Shown here: piece by piece, positions 1 through 8,199 of the stretch
Layout: the number at the start of each line of letters is the position of its first letter
Position numbering within the stretch: position 1 is the first letter of the stretch
From: Candidatus Micrarchaeota archaeon
GTDB taxonomy: Archaea; Micrarchaeota; Micrarchaeia; Norongarragalinales; UBA8480
Assembly: GCA_964514805.1 (NCBI GenBank)
Contig: CAZERP010000002.1
Span: 1 to 46,608 of the forward strand
Direction of reading: 5' to 3'
Length of the DNA: 46,608 bases
Made by a program: the position numbers and the translations under genes
Notes under the pieces: model-generated
What the model was told of the DNA's origin: nothing
What the model saw: the letters and a program-made list of their open reading frames with translations, nothing else
The model's database searches: none

Positions 1-776
1 TTTCTTGTTTGGGCGTGCATTGCTTTGTGTGCGAGGAATATTGCAGTGAATCGTCTTGCTTGTTTTTCTTGGGCGAAGCCATTTAGTTCGTTGTGATTGC
101 TTTCTGGTAGTTCGTTGTAGAATGCGGGGGCTTTGGCGTTTTCGTTGATTTTGATTTTGCAGGCCATTGCGACTGGTTGCATTGTTTGATCTGAGTAGAA
201 GCAGGTTGTTTTGTTTTTCATTTTGGCGGCTAGTTCTTTGGCTAGTGTTTTTACTTCTGCGGGTTTTAGGCTGCTTGCAGCTGCGATTAAATCATCTTTG
301 GCGGTTTTTGGTACGTCGCTTGTGTTTATGAATATTTGTAGTAAACTTGAGAAAAAGTATCCTGTGGCGCATCTGGGCTGTAGCCCTAGGGGTATTTCTA
401 TTGTAGGGGTTTTGTGTTCGGTTGCTATTTGTTTTAGTTCGCCGCCTGCAGTTATGATAAGTGTTTGGCTTTTGGTCGTTATTGCTTGTTTGGCGCAGGA
501 AATGGTTTCTTCTGTGTTTCCCGAGTAGCTGCTTAGTATTACTAAGTCGTTTTCGTTTAGTGTGAATGGTATTTCGTATTGGCGGTTTATGTGGATTGGT
601 TTTTGGTAGTTGTATTGAGTTTTAAGGAATGTTGCAAGTAGTTCAGGGGCGAAGGCACTGCCGCCCATTCCACAGATTATTACCCGTTCGAATGGTCGTA
701 GGTTTAGGTCTTTGGCGAGTTGGAAGCCTTGTTTGTATTGTTTGGGGGATTCTTTGATTTGTTCTTTAAAGTCCAT
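1..776 (-). CDS. bifunctional phosphoglucose/phosphomannose isomerase (SIS domain); C-terminal part cut by window edge
   Basis: The gene runs off the window, so it is absent from the ORF track. Reverse-strand translation from the ATG at complement(774..776) reads MDFKEQIKESPKQYKQGFQLAKDLNLRPFERVIICGMGGSAFAPELL...VILSSYSGNTEETISCAKQA...LGLQPRCATGYFF...KINENAKAPAFYNELPESNHNELNGF, with no stop down to position 1. GMGGS and SYSGNTEE are SIS-domain motifs, and the ENAK..PE.NHNE block is typical of archaeal PGI/PMI. The listed + ORF 211..528 is its antisense shadow. Confidence 0.8.
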   Translation of the reverse strand, partial: MDFKEQIKESPKQYKQGFQLAKDLNLRPFERVIICGMGGSAFAPELLATFLKTQYNYQKPIHINRQYEIPFTLNENDLVILSSYSGNTEETISCAKQAITTKSQTLIITAGGELKQIATEHKTPTIEIPLGLQPRCATGYFFSSLLQIFINTSDVPKTAKDDLIAAASSLKPAEVKTLAKELAAKMKNKTTCFYSDQTMQPVAMACKIKINENAKAPAFYNELPESNHNELNGFAQEKQARRFTAIFLAHKAMHAQTR

Positions 777-1036
777 AAGTAGTATTTTTCACTTTAATTG
801 GTGTTTAAGCGCGTTGAGTTATATTAAACATAGGTTTGTGTGCCTATGTCATCCCCCCTTTATTAAGTTCGTGGTTTGCCGTAGTTGTTTACGGCTGGAA
901 GGAAAGGTTTTTATATTATTTTTAGCAACACTGTTTACACAAGCACCTTTTTTCACAAAGGTTTTCATGACTAATTGGTCTTTAACGAGTAAACGAAGTT
1001 AACTTCGAATGTTAAAGAAGAGTAGTTAGTTATTGA

Positions 1037-1042
1037 AGGTGG
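1037..1042 (+). promoter_or_regulatory. Shine-Dalgarno-like site (aggtgg)
   Basis: aggtgg lies 11 nt upstream of the ATG at 1054. The same GGTG core sits 7-12 nt upstream of the starts at 13607 (aggagtg), 18596 on the minus strand (aggtg) and 35845 on the minus strand (aggtga). Pairing with the 16S 3-prime tail is inference. Confidence 0.45.
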
Positions 1043-1053
1043 TTGAATAATAA

Positions 1054-1419
1054 ATGAAAAATATGTCTCAACTCGGATCATGGGCATTCCTATTAGGTCT
1101 CGTAGTAGCAATCTTAAGTGCACTAGTCTCACTTGACGCAAGTACCAGTGGACTCGTAACAATGCTACTCGTAGTAATCGGCTTAGTAGTAGGAATTCTC
1201 AACGTAACCGACAAAGAAGTAGTTCCATTCCTAGTAGCTACAATCGCTTTCCTCGCAAGTGTTGGAGGACTAGCACCATTAGTAGTTGCACTCGGAGGAG
1301 CAAGTGGATTCCTTGGAATGTTCGTTGCCAAGATGCTCGGAAACATTGGAGTATTCGTAGCACCAGCAGCAGCTGTAGTTGCAATCAAAGCAATCTACGA
1401 CATCTCAAAGGACCAATAA
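1054..1419 (+). CDS. small multi-pass membrane protein, unknown family
   Basis: 121-aa ORF with about four hydrophobic segments (SWAFLLGLVVAILSALVSL, LVTMLLVVIGLVVGIL, VVPFLVATIAFLASVGGLAPLVVAL, IGVFVAPAAAVVAI). It has an SD-like site upstream. Its codons end in A/C like tuf and rps10 although it is on the + strand. The overlapping minus ORF 1068..1388 is a low-complexity shadow. Confidence 0.7.
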   Translation: MKNMSQLGSWAFLLGLVVAILSALVSLDASTSGLVTMLLVVIGLVVGILNVTDKEVVPFLVATIAFLASVGGLAPLVVALGGASGFLGMFVAKMLGNIGVFVAPAAAVVAIKAIYDISKDQ

Positions 1420-1438
1420 AAAAGTCTAAGAAAAACAA

Positions 1439-1466
1439 CTTTTTTCTCCTCTTTCCTTCCCTTTCT
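1439..1466 (+). terminator. C/T-rich post-stop tract (putative archaeal terminator)
   Basis: The tract cttttttctcctctttccttccctttct starts 20 nt after the stop at 1419. It contains the TTCCCTTT core that recurs after at least seven other stop codons in this window. The terminator function is inference. Confidence 0.35.
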
Positions 1467-1518
1467 AAATCTCTAATTCTAACAAAAAACTTTTTATTTC
1501 GTATTTGCTACCGTTTAT

Positions 1519-2277
1519 ATGACTAATTTTGTAACTAGCGAGCTAGAGCATCCGACGTTAGGTGCGCTCAAAATAGAGCATTGGCATAGATACCCGGCAG
1601 ACCAAATATTGGCCGCGTTAAAGGATGAACCGATTATAAGAAGCGGAAATACGCCGCCCGTATTTACTCATGTACTAGGCCGTCAGTGGCTTGCAGTTAG
1701 AAAGTGCGAAAAAGGTGCAATGCCATATTCCGATCAAAAACCAAGGCAAGTTTTTGAAAGTTTAAAGCGAACTATGGAAAAAAGACTACCTGTTCTTGAA
1801 GTTCCAGTTGCATTTATTTCAACTGATGAGCATGAGTATTTGGTGACGTTATGGCGGCGCAACATGCTTCCGTTTAGTTCGTTTAGTTCCAGTTCAGATA
1901 TTTCACTTAAGGATAAGATAACTGCAAGTGAGAGTATAATGCGAGAAGTTGCGAAGTTACACGCGACTGGTTTTAAGCATAGGCATTTGCATTTTGATAA
2001 CTTTCTGGTTCACATGAAAGCGTTTGTCGCTAAAAAAGGTAAACCTGCAATTAGAAGTCGATTAATTGATCCGACTAAGGTAATTTCTTTGCCTGAGAAT
2101 GAGCGTTTAGATTCGAAAAAAGCGTATCCGGTAGAGGCTAGATTGTTGGCAGAAGAAATTAGTAAACAACTGGCGTCAGTACATAAGCTAGGCCATAGTG
2201 CAAAGGAAGAATTAGAAGCTAGATTAAACCGAGAATATGATACGCATTATATAAAAGTTAAAAGTAAATTAAATTAA
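1519..2277 (+). CDS. RIO/Bud32-like minimal kinase-fold protein, non-canonical active site (paralogue 1 of 3)
   Basis: 252 aa. Blocks 'WLAVRK', 'PVAFIS', 'LHATGFKHRHLHFDNFLV' and 'LIDPTKV' are shared with ORFs 5068..5781 and 20944..21639. They resemble the beta3 strand, hinge, catalytic loop and metal-binding loop of RIO/Bud32/Kdo-type kinases. Confidence 0.6.
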   Translation: MTNFVTSELEHPTLGALKIEHWHRYPADQILAALKDEPIIRSGNTPPVFTHVLGRQWLAVRKCEKGAMPYSDQKPRQVFESLKRTMEKRLPVLEVPVAFISTDEHEYLVTLWRRNMLPFSSFSSSSDISLKDKITASESIMREVAKLHATGFKHRHLHFDNFLVHMKAFVAKKGKPAIRSRLIDPTKVISLPENERLDSKKAYPVEARLLAEEISKQLASVHKLGHSAKEELEARLNREYDTHYIKVKSKLN

Positions 2278-2327
2278 TTTTTTAAGAATTAGTATTAAAA
2301 GTGGGAAAAAAGAGAGTTTAGAAAAAT

Positions 2328-2504
2328 TTAGCGTTTTTGTTGTGTTGGTGATCTTTGACCTGCTGGTCGTTCTCTTGATCCGCGTCCGCCTCGGCCTCGG
2401 CCTCTTGTTGTTTCTGGTTTTGCGTTCATTCTCTTCTTGCGTTTTTGGCGCCAGTTCATGTGAGGTTTGCCTTTGTGGGCGTATTTCTTTGCTTTTTCTG
2501 CCAT
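2328..2504 (-). CDS. small basic RGG-rich protein (58 aa), unlisted in ORF track
   Basis: ATG-initiated 59-codon ORF below the track cutoff: MAEKAKKYAHKGKPHMNWRQKRKKRMNAKPETTRGRGRGGRGSRERPAGQRSPTQQKR. About one third of residues are Lys/Arg. It uses the A/C-ending codon dialect typical of minus-strand genes here, and a pyrimidine-rich tract follows its stop. No family assignment. Confidence 0.45.
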   Translation of the reverse strand: MAEKAKKYAHKGKPHMNWRQKRKKRMNAKPETTRGRGRGGRGSRERPAGQRSPTQQKR

Positions 2505-2606
2505 TTAGTTAATTAAACACCATTTAGTTGTTTTTTTTCTATGTAGTTATTAGGGTGGCTTTGGCTTTTTATTCTTTCCAAGCGTAAACAAATACCGTTA
2601 TTAGTT

Positions 2607-3977
2607 ATGATTAATGAGCATATTTTCAAAGCGTATGATATTCGTGGTAAAGTACCAAGTGAGTTGAATGAAGAGGCTGCTTTTCTTATTGGCAGGGGCA
2701 CTGGTACTTTTTTTATTCGTAAAGGAGTTAGGGATGTCGTAACTTCGGTTGACGCGCGAGTTAGTTCTGCGTCTTTGTATGCCGCTTTTTTGAAGGGTTT
2801 TTTGTCAACTGGCTGTAATGCTCATTATATTGGGTGTGTTCCTAGTCCGATTACTTATTTTGCGCAATTACATTTTAAGAAAGAAGGTTGTTCGCTTGTT
2901 ACGGCGAGTCATAATCCGGGCGGAGATAATGGTTTTAAGGGCCGGGCGGGTCATTTGCCTATTTTTGCAAGTGAGATTCAGGATATTCGCAAGTTAATTG
3001 AAATGGGAGATTTTGAAACCGGTAAGGGCCGGGAGTTTAAGCTTGATGGCGCACTTGACGCGTATGCTGATTACTTGAAAAAGAATATTGGTAGTTTGAA
3101 GGGTTTAAAGGTTGGACTTGACCCGGGTAATGGTATGTTTGGCGAGATTGCGCCCCGGGTGTTTAGGGAGTTAGGTTGTGAGGTTAAATCGATTTACACG
3201 AAGGTGGATTGTACTTTTCCTAATCATATTGCCGATCCTGTTTATGTTGAGAATTTGAAAGATTTAACCGCACTTGTTAAGAAGGAAAAGTGTGATGTTG
3301 GTTTTGCTTTTGATGGTGATGGGGATCGTATTGGCGCGATTGACGAAAATGGCTCATACATTCCAGCTGATCGTTTGCTTGCTATTTTTGCTCGCGAAAT
3401 CCTTTCTCGTAAAAAGGGAGCGGTTATCGTTTATGAGGTTACTGCTAGTGACGCGGTTGTTATTGATATTGAAAAGCACGGTGGTAAGGCGATTCTTTCA
3501 AAGACAGGTCATACTCATATAGAGGAGAAAATGGAAGAAACTGGCGCGCTTTTGGCAGGTGAATTGTCTGGTCATCAGTTCTTTAAAGATGGTTATTTGG
3601 GTTATGACGATGGTTTGTATTCGGCGCTTCGTTTTGCTAAGTTAATGGTAAATGAAAAGAAGAAGGCTAGTGAGTTGAACGTGGGTTTTGAAGCGCGCGT
3701 TACTTTTCCTGAGACTCGTTTTGAGTGCAGTAATGAGACTAAGTTTAAAGTCGTTGATAGTATAGTCAAGGCGTTCAAAGCGAAGGGGTATAATGTTAAT
3801 GATTTGGATGGCGCGCGGGTAACTTTCGCAACGGGCTGGGGGCTTGTGCGTGCTAGTAACACGTCGAGTAAGCTTTCTGTACGTTTTGAAGCAAAAACTG
3901 CTGCTGATTTAGAGGTTATTAAAAAAGTTTTTAGAAATGAGTTAAAGAAAAATGGTTTTGATAAATTGCCTTTTTAG
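2607..3977 (+). CDS. phosphoglucomutase/phosphomannomutase (alpha-D-phosphohexomutase family)
   Basis: Carries the active-site Ser loop 'TASHNPGGDNGFK', the Mg site 'FDGDGDR', the sugar loop 'GELSGH' and the phosphate-binding loop 'RASNTSSK'. 456 aa. Confidence 0.9.
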   Translation: MINEHIFKAYDIRGKVPSELNEEAAFLIGRGTGTFFIRKGVRDVVTSVDARVSSASLYAAFLKGFLSTGCNAHYIGCVPSPITYFAQLHFKKEGCSLVTASHNPGGDNGFKGRAGHLPIFASEIQDIRKLIEMGDFETGKGREFKLDGALDAYADYLKKNIGSLKGLKVGLDPGNGMFGEIAPRVFRELGCEVKSIYTKVDCTFPNHIADPVYVENLKDLTALVKKEKCDVGFAFDGDGDRIGAIDENGSYIPADRLLAIFAREILSRKKGAVIVYEVTASDAVVIDIEKHGGKAILSKTGHTHIEEKMEETGALLAGELSGHQFFKDGYLGYDDGLYSALRFAKLMVNEKKKASELNVGFEARVTFPETRFECSNETKFKVVDSIVKAFKAKGYNVNDLDGARVTFATGWGLVRASNTSSKLSVRFEAKTAADLEVIKKVFRNELKKNGFDKLPF

Positions 3978-3988
3978 TGGAATTTTAA

Positions 3989-5071
3989 ATGAATCGGGTT
4001 GTTGTTGTTGGTTGTAGTGTGACGGGCGCGTTAGCGGCTAAGGAAGCTGCGTTAGCGGGCGCTAAGGTTACTGTTTTAGAGGAAGATAAGCAGCCTGGTA
4101 AGTTTCATAAGTGTAGCGGTATTGTTTCTAAAAAGGGACTTGACTCGCTTGGTGTTGATTACTCACCTAGTGTGTTGCATGAGATTTTTGGCGCGAATAT
4201 TTATTCCGCTAAGGGTAGGAAGTTTACTGTCCGTAATAAGGACGTAGTTGCGCTTGTTTTGGACAGACAGTATTTTGATGAATTGTGTACGCGTGAGGCG
4301 ATTCAAGCAGGCGCTGTGCTTAAGCTTGGAGAGAAAGTTACTAATCAGAAAAATAACGCGGTTTTTACTAAGAGTGGGGCTGCTTATGAGTATGATTTTT
4401 TGATTGGCGCAGATGGAGCGTCTAGTACGGTTGCTAATTTGTTTGATTTTCCTAAGGTGCGAACTAAAGATTTTGCTTTGGCATACGAAGCGGAGTTTGA
4501 AAACGCTACGGTAGAAGATGAGCATTTGGTTGATGTTTTTTTGGATAATAAGTTATTTCCTGGTTTTTTTGGTTGGGCAATTCCCGTCGGTAAAAATAAA
4601 GTGCGACTGGGTTTTGGTACTAATGTCCATGCTGGTTTTGAAGAGAGGCGTTTGAAGTTTCTTGAAAAGTACTTACCTAAATATAATACGAGTAAAGCTT
4701 GTGTTAAGTGTCGTGAGTTTTGGCATCCGATTCCTTTGAAGGTGCGAAGCACTACGAGTAGGGGTAATGTGTTTCTTGTTGGGGACGCTGCTGGCCAAGT
4801 TAAGTCAACCACAGGTGGTGGTATTGTGTTTGGGGGGAATTGTGCTAAGATTGCGGGCAGGTTAGCTGCTAGTGGTTCTAAGGCATATGAGAAGCAGTGG
4901 CGTAGTCGTTTTGCTACACCATTAGTTGCGCATCGTAAGATTAGACGTGCATTTGATATTTTACCGAATAGTCTTGTTAATTTAACGGTTATTGGTTTTG
5001 ATAAACTCTTGTTATCTAAATTTTTATCCGAGTTTGGAGACATGGACTTTATTTTAAGTGGTAAAAAATGA
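3989..5071 (+). CDS. geranylgeranyl reductase family FAD-dependent oxidoreductase
   Basis: N-terminal dinucleotide fold 'VVVVGCSVTGALAAKEAALAGAKVTVLEE', plus 'CSGIVS', 'GADGASS' and 'LVGDAAGQVKSTTGGGI'. 360 aa. The antisense ORF 4384..5130 is rejected. Confidence 0.8.
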   Translation: MNRVVVVGCSVTGALAAKEAALAGAKVTVLEEDKQPGKFHKCSGIVSKKGLDSLGVDYSPSVLHEIFGANIYSAKGRKFTVRNKDVVALVLDRQYFDELCTREAIQAGAVLKLGEKVTNQKNNAVFTKSGAAYEYDFLIGADGASSTVANLFDFPKVRTKDFALAYEAEFENATVEDEHLVDVFLDNKLFPGFFGWAIPVGKNKVRLGFGTNVHAGFEERRLKFLEKYLPKYNTSKACVKCREFWHPIPLKVRSTTSRGNVFLVGDAAGQVKSTTGGGIVFGGNCAKIAGRLAASGSKAYEKQWRSRFATPLVAHRKIRRAFDILPNSLVNLTVIGFDKLLLSKFLSEFGDMDFILSGKK

Positions 5072-5781
5072 CATGGGTTAAAAGTAAACTTGCAATTGCA
5101 AAGCCTCGTTTTTCTTATGAAGCAGAGCATAGATCAGATGTTTTGCCTAGTGAAATTGCTAAGGTAATTAGCGAAAAGCCTAATTTTAGTTTTGGTACTA
5201 CTCCGAAAGGTTTTGTTCATACTATTGTAATTAATGGCGAGCCGACTAAGGTTGCGGTTAGACCACTTGAGTCATTTAAGGGTTTTTTTTATTTTCACGC
5301 GTTAAAAAATTGCCATGATAAAGGAATGGATGTTGTAGATACTCCAATTGCATTAGTTACTAGTAAGCGAGGACGTGTTTCGCATTTGATTACTGAATGG
5401 CACGAAGGCGCAGTTAATTTAAAGGATTATTACTCTACGCATAAATTATCTGCAGAGGCGCGTTTAGTTATTGCTAAGCTTGCTATGCATGAGCTTGCAA
5501 AGCTTCATAATGCGGGTTATTATCACGGTCATCCGCATTTGGGTAATTTCGTAACTTATCCTAATTCAAATAGAGTTAAGGTAAATATTGTTGATCCGAC
5601 TATGCTTAATACTAGTTTTCGTAGTGTTAGTAATGAAGATAAATTTTCGGATGCAGTTATTGCAGCGGTTGGCTTTGTACAGAATTTACGTGGACTTAAG
5701 AAGTTAGAATCTGTCGAACCAGATGACGCTTTAATTTTAGAGTTATTAAATGAATATATGCAAAGTAGGCCGCATAGTTGA
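5068..5781 (+). CDS. RIO/Bud32-like minimal kinase-fold protein, non-canonical active site (paralogue 2 of 3)
   Basis: 237 aa with blocks 'KVAVRP', 'PIALVT', 'LHNAGYYHGHPHLGNFVT' and 'IVDPTML'. Its start overlaps the GGR stop (ATGA at 5068..5071). Confidence 0.6.
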   Translation: MTWVKSKLAIAKPRFSYEAEHRSDVLPSEIAKVISEKPNFSFGTTPKGFVHTIVINGEPTKVAVRPLESFKGFFYFHALKNCHDKGMDVVDTPIALVTSKRGRVSHLITEWHEGAVNLKDYYSTHKLSAEARLVIAKLAMHELAKLHNAGYYHGHPHLGNFVTYPNSNRVKVNIVDPTMLNTSFRSVSNEDKFSDAVIAAVGFVQNLRGLKKLESVEPDDALILELLNEYMQSRPHS

Positions 5782-5793
5782 TTTAAGGCGTGT

Positions 5794-6495
5794 TTATTTT
5801 CCGAATCTTCTTTCGGTTTGTTCGTAGTATGTTTTGGCTTCTTCGAAGTCTGTTTTGGTGAATTCAGGCCATAGTTTGTGTGAGAAGTAGAGTTCGCTGT
5901 ATGTTGCTTGGAATGGGAGAAATCCGCTTGTTCTTTGTACGTCTCCTGTTCGTATGATTAGTTCGGGTGTTTTTTGGTAATATAAGTGTTTTTGGAATGT
6001 TTCGGTTGTAATGTCTTCTATTTTGAGTTTGCCGAGTTTTACTTCTTCTGCTATTTTGCGTGAAGCTGCGGTTAATTCGTCTTGGCCGCTGTATGCGATT
6101 GCGATGTTTAGTTCGTATTCTTTGTTGTCTTTGGTTTTTTGTTCTAGTTTGATAATGTCTTGTTTTAGTTTTTCTGGTAGTAGTTCTGTTTTGCCGAAGA
6201 ATTGTACTTTGCAGTCGTAGTTTGATATGACGTTTGAGTTGGTTAGTAGTTTGGCGATGTTTTGGTTCATGAATCTAAATATCGTGTTTAGTTCGCCGTC
6301 GCTTCTGTTTTGGAAGTTTTCTAGTGATAGGGCCCAGAATGATGCGGATTTTACTCCGTTTTCGTATCCCCATTTTACGAATTCTTCGGTTTTTTTGAAG
6401 CCGGCAAGGTAGGCCGCGTCTAGTGAGACGTTGGCTTTTGCGGCGTATCTTCTGTTTCCGTCGGGTATGACTGCGACGCTAGTTAGTTTGTTCAC
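5794..6495 (-). CDS. uppS: cis-prenyltransferase (undecaprenyl/di-trans,poly-cis polyprenyl diphosphate synthase)
   Basis: Carries 'VAVIPDGNRRYA', 'FWALSLENFQNR' and 'IRTGDVQRTSGFLPFQATYSELYF'. 233 aa with a GTG start. Confidence 0.9.
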   Translation of the reverse strand: MNKLTSVAVIPDGNRRYAAKANVSLDAAYLAGFKKTEEFVKWGYENGVKSASFWALSLENFQNRSDGELNTIFRFMNQNIAKLLTNSNVISNYDCKVQFFGKTELLPEKLKQDIIKLEQKTKDNKEYELNIAIAYSGQDELTAASRKIAEEVKLGKLKIEDITTETFQKHLYYQKTPELIIRTGDVQRTSGFLPFQATYSELYFSHKLWPEFTKTDFEEAKTYYEQTERRFGK

Positions 6496-6613
6496 TTTTA
6501 TTTATAAGCACCAAAATGTTGAGTTATAAGTAGAGTTTTGTCTGTTTTTATTTATACTTAATTAGTACTAAACCTAGTTTAAAATTCCTTTGGGAGCCTA
6601 TTAAAATAACGAC

Positions 6614-6964
6614 ATGGCGAAAATTGTTGACGCGTCTATTAGACGTTCAGGTAAAGTAGTTTGGAGTAAGTATGAGGCTACTAGTAGTTTTTTTGAAAAG
6701 TTTAAGGGCATTATGTTGCGTAAAAGAATTGATTTTCCTCTTTTGTTTACTTTTACTTACCTTGGTAAGTGGAGTATTCATTCTTGTTTTTGTAGTTTTG
6801 ATTTTGACGCTGTTTTTTTGGATGAAAATAAGAAGATTGTTACTATCGCGCGGGGAGTTAAACCGTGGACTTTATCCGTTACGCCAAGCGAGTGTTTGTA
6901 TTTGATTGAATGTACTGCTGGAGAGGCGCGTGAATTGCAAGTTGGAGATGTTTTGGAATGGTAA
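6614..6964 (+). CDS. DUF192-like protein
   Basis: 116 aa. 'FKGIMLRK..FPLLFTF', 'FDFDAVFLDENKKIV' and 'YLIECTAGEARELQVGDVLE' follow the DUF192 (COG1430) pattern GLM.R...mlF...LD.iFld..g.V....yvlE...G......Gd.v. Confidence 0.7.
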   Translation: MAKIVDASIRRSGKVVWSKYEATSSFFEKFKGIMLRKRIDFPLLFTFTYLGKWSIHSCFCSFDFDAVFLDENKKIVTIARGVKPWTLSVTPSECLYLIECTAGEARELQVGDVLEW

Positions 6965-8199
6965 GCTTAGGTTGGAGCATTTCTAAAGATGCGCAGTATG
7001 TTAATTCTGATTTTAGTAGTTGTAGTTTGACTGAAGGGGAAGAGAAGGTAGCTATTGATTTGATTGGTTTGTTTTCTAAGATTCAAAATGTTAGAAACGC
7101 GCAGGATACTCTTAAGGAGTTACTTATAGAGTATTGTTCAGATAATAATATCGCAATGGAGCGCCGGCAATCGGATAAAATTATCAAAACTACTTTGCTT
7201 GTGACTGGCGGTTTTGGTCCTATTTCTATTCTTCTTGAAGATTCAAGTATTGAAGAAATTACCGCTACTGGAGTTAATCTTCCAGTAAGAGTTTTTGTAA
7301 AGGGTAAGGGTTGGCTTACTAGCGCGGTTGTAATTACGAGTAGCGAGTTTGCAGTTGATGTTATTAATAAAATGGCCCGCGGACTTGGAAGAAGAATTAC
7401 TTATCAGTATCCTCGTTTGAATGCTAGTTTGCCTGATGGTTCTAGGTTGCATGCATGTATTAATCCAGTTGTTTTAGATTTTGAGTTTACTATCCGTAAG
7501 TTTAAAGAAAAGCCATACGTTCTGCAAGAGCTTGTTGATTTGAATACAATTTCTAAGGACGCGGCGGGTTTTCTTACCGCGTGTGTGAATGCTGATTTGA
7601 ATGGAGTTATTGCGGGTAATACTGGTAGTGGTAAAACTACTACGCTTAACGCGTTGTGTGCTAATTGGCAGTTGGATGAGCGGGTTGTTCTTATTGAAGA
7701 AACTCCCGAAATTTCTATTCCGCATGAGCATAAAGTTTCGTTAGTTTGTGTTCCTGAGATTGGGGTTTCTATGCAAGATCTTGTGCATGATTCTCTTCGT
7801 ATGCGTCCTGATCGGGTAGTAATGGGCGAGGTTCGTACTGAGAAAGAAGTTGACGCGCTTTTTGATTCTTTGCTTGCAGGTCAAGCTAAGGGCACTTGGA
7901 CTACTTTTCACGCCAATTCGTCAGAAGAAGCTTTGAATCGTTTCAAGTCGCTTGGGGTTGCAGAGCAGGATTTGAATTCAGTTGATTTGATTGTAATTCA
8001 ACGTAGAGTTACTCGTTTTAAGCAAGATAAGAAAGAAGAGTTACGTAAGGTAACTGAAATAGCAGCAGTTGAAAATTCCAAGTCAATTGTTTTGTTTAAA
8101 ATGAACAGCGAAGATGAACTTGAGAAGACGAAAGATTATTCAAACAAGAAGTTGAAATTATTCGAAAAACTAAAAACTACATACGGAAAAGAAATTTAG
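6958..8199 (+). CDS. type II/IV secretion-family ATPase (VirB11/FlaI/CpaF-like)
   Basis: Walker A 'GNTGSGKTTTLNAL', 'RVVLIEETPEI', 'LRMRPDRVVMGEVR' and His-box 'WTTFHANS'. 413 aa. Its start overlaps the DUF192 gene by 7 nt (ATGGTAA). Confidence 0.85.
   Translation: MVSLGWSISKDAQYVNSDFSSCSLTEGEEKVAIDLIGLFSKIQNVRNAQDTLKELLIEYCSDNNIAMERRQSDKIIKTTLLVTGGFGPISILLEDSSIEEITATGVNLPVRVFVKGKGWLTSAVVITSSEFAVDVINKMARGLGRRITYQYPRLNASLPDGSRLHACINPVVLDFEFTIRKFKEKPYVLQELVDLNTISKDAAGFLTACVNADLNGVIAGNTGSGKTTTLNALCANWQLDERVVLIEETPEISIPHEHKVSLVCVPEIGVSMQDLVHDSLRMRPDRVVMGEVRTEKEVDALFDSLLAGQAKGTWTTFHANSSEEALNRFKSLGVAEQDLNSVDLIVIQRRVTRFKQDKKEELRKVTEIAAVENSKSIVLFKMNSEDELEKTKDYSNKKLKLFEKLKTTYGKEI

Noticed and set aside
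4384-5130. 248-aa antisense ORF opposite the GGR gene; likewise 20125-20658 opposite cbf5, 34893-35393 opposite tuf and 22357-22692 in an alternative frame of cmk
   Set aside because: The opposing or main frames carry unambiguous family motifs. The shadows have none and arise from the strand-skewed composition.
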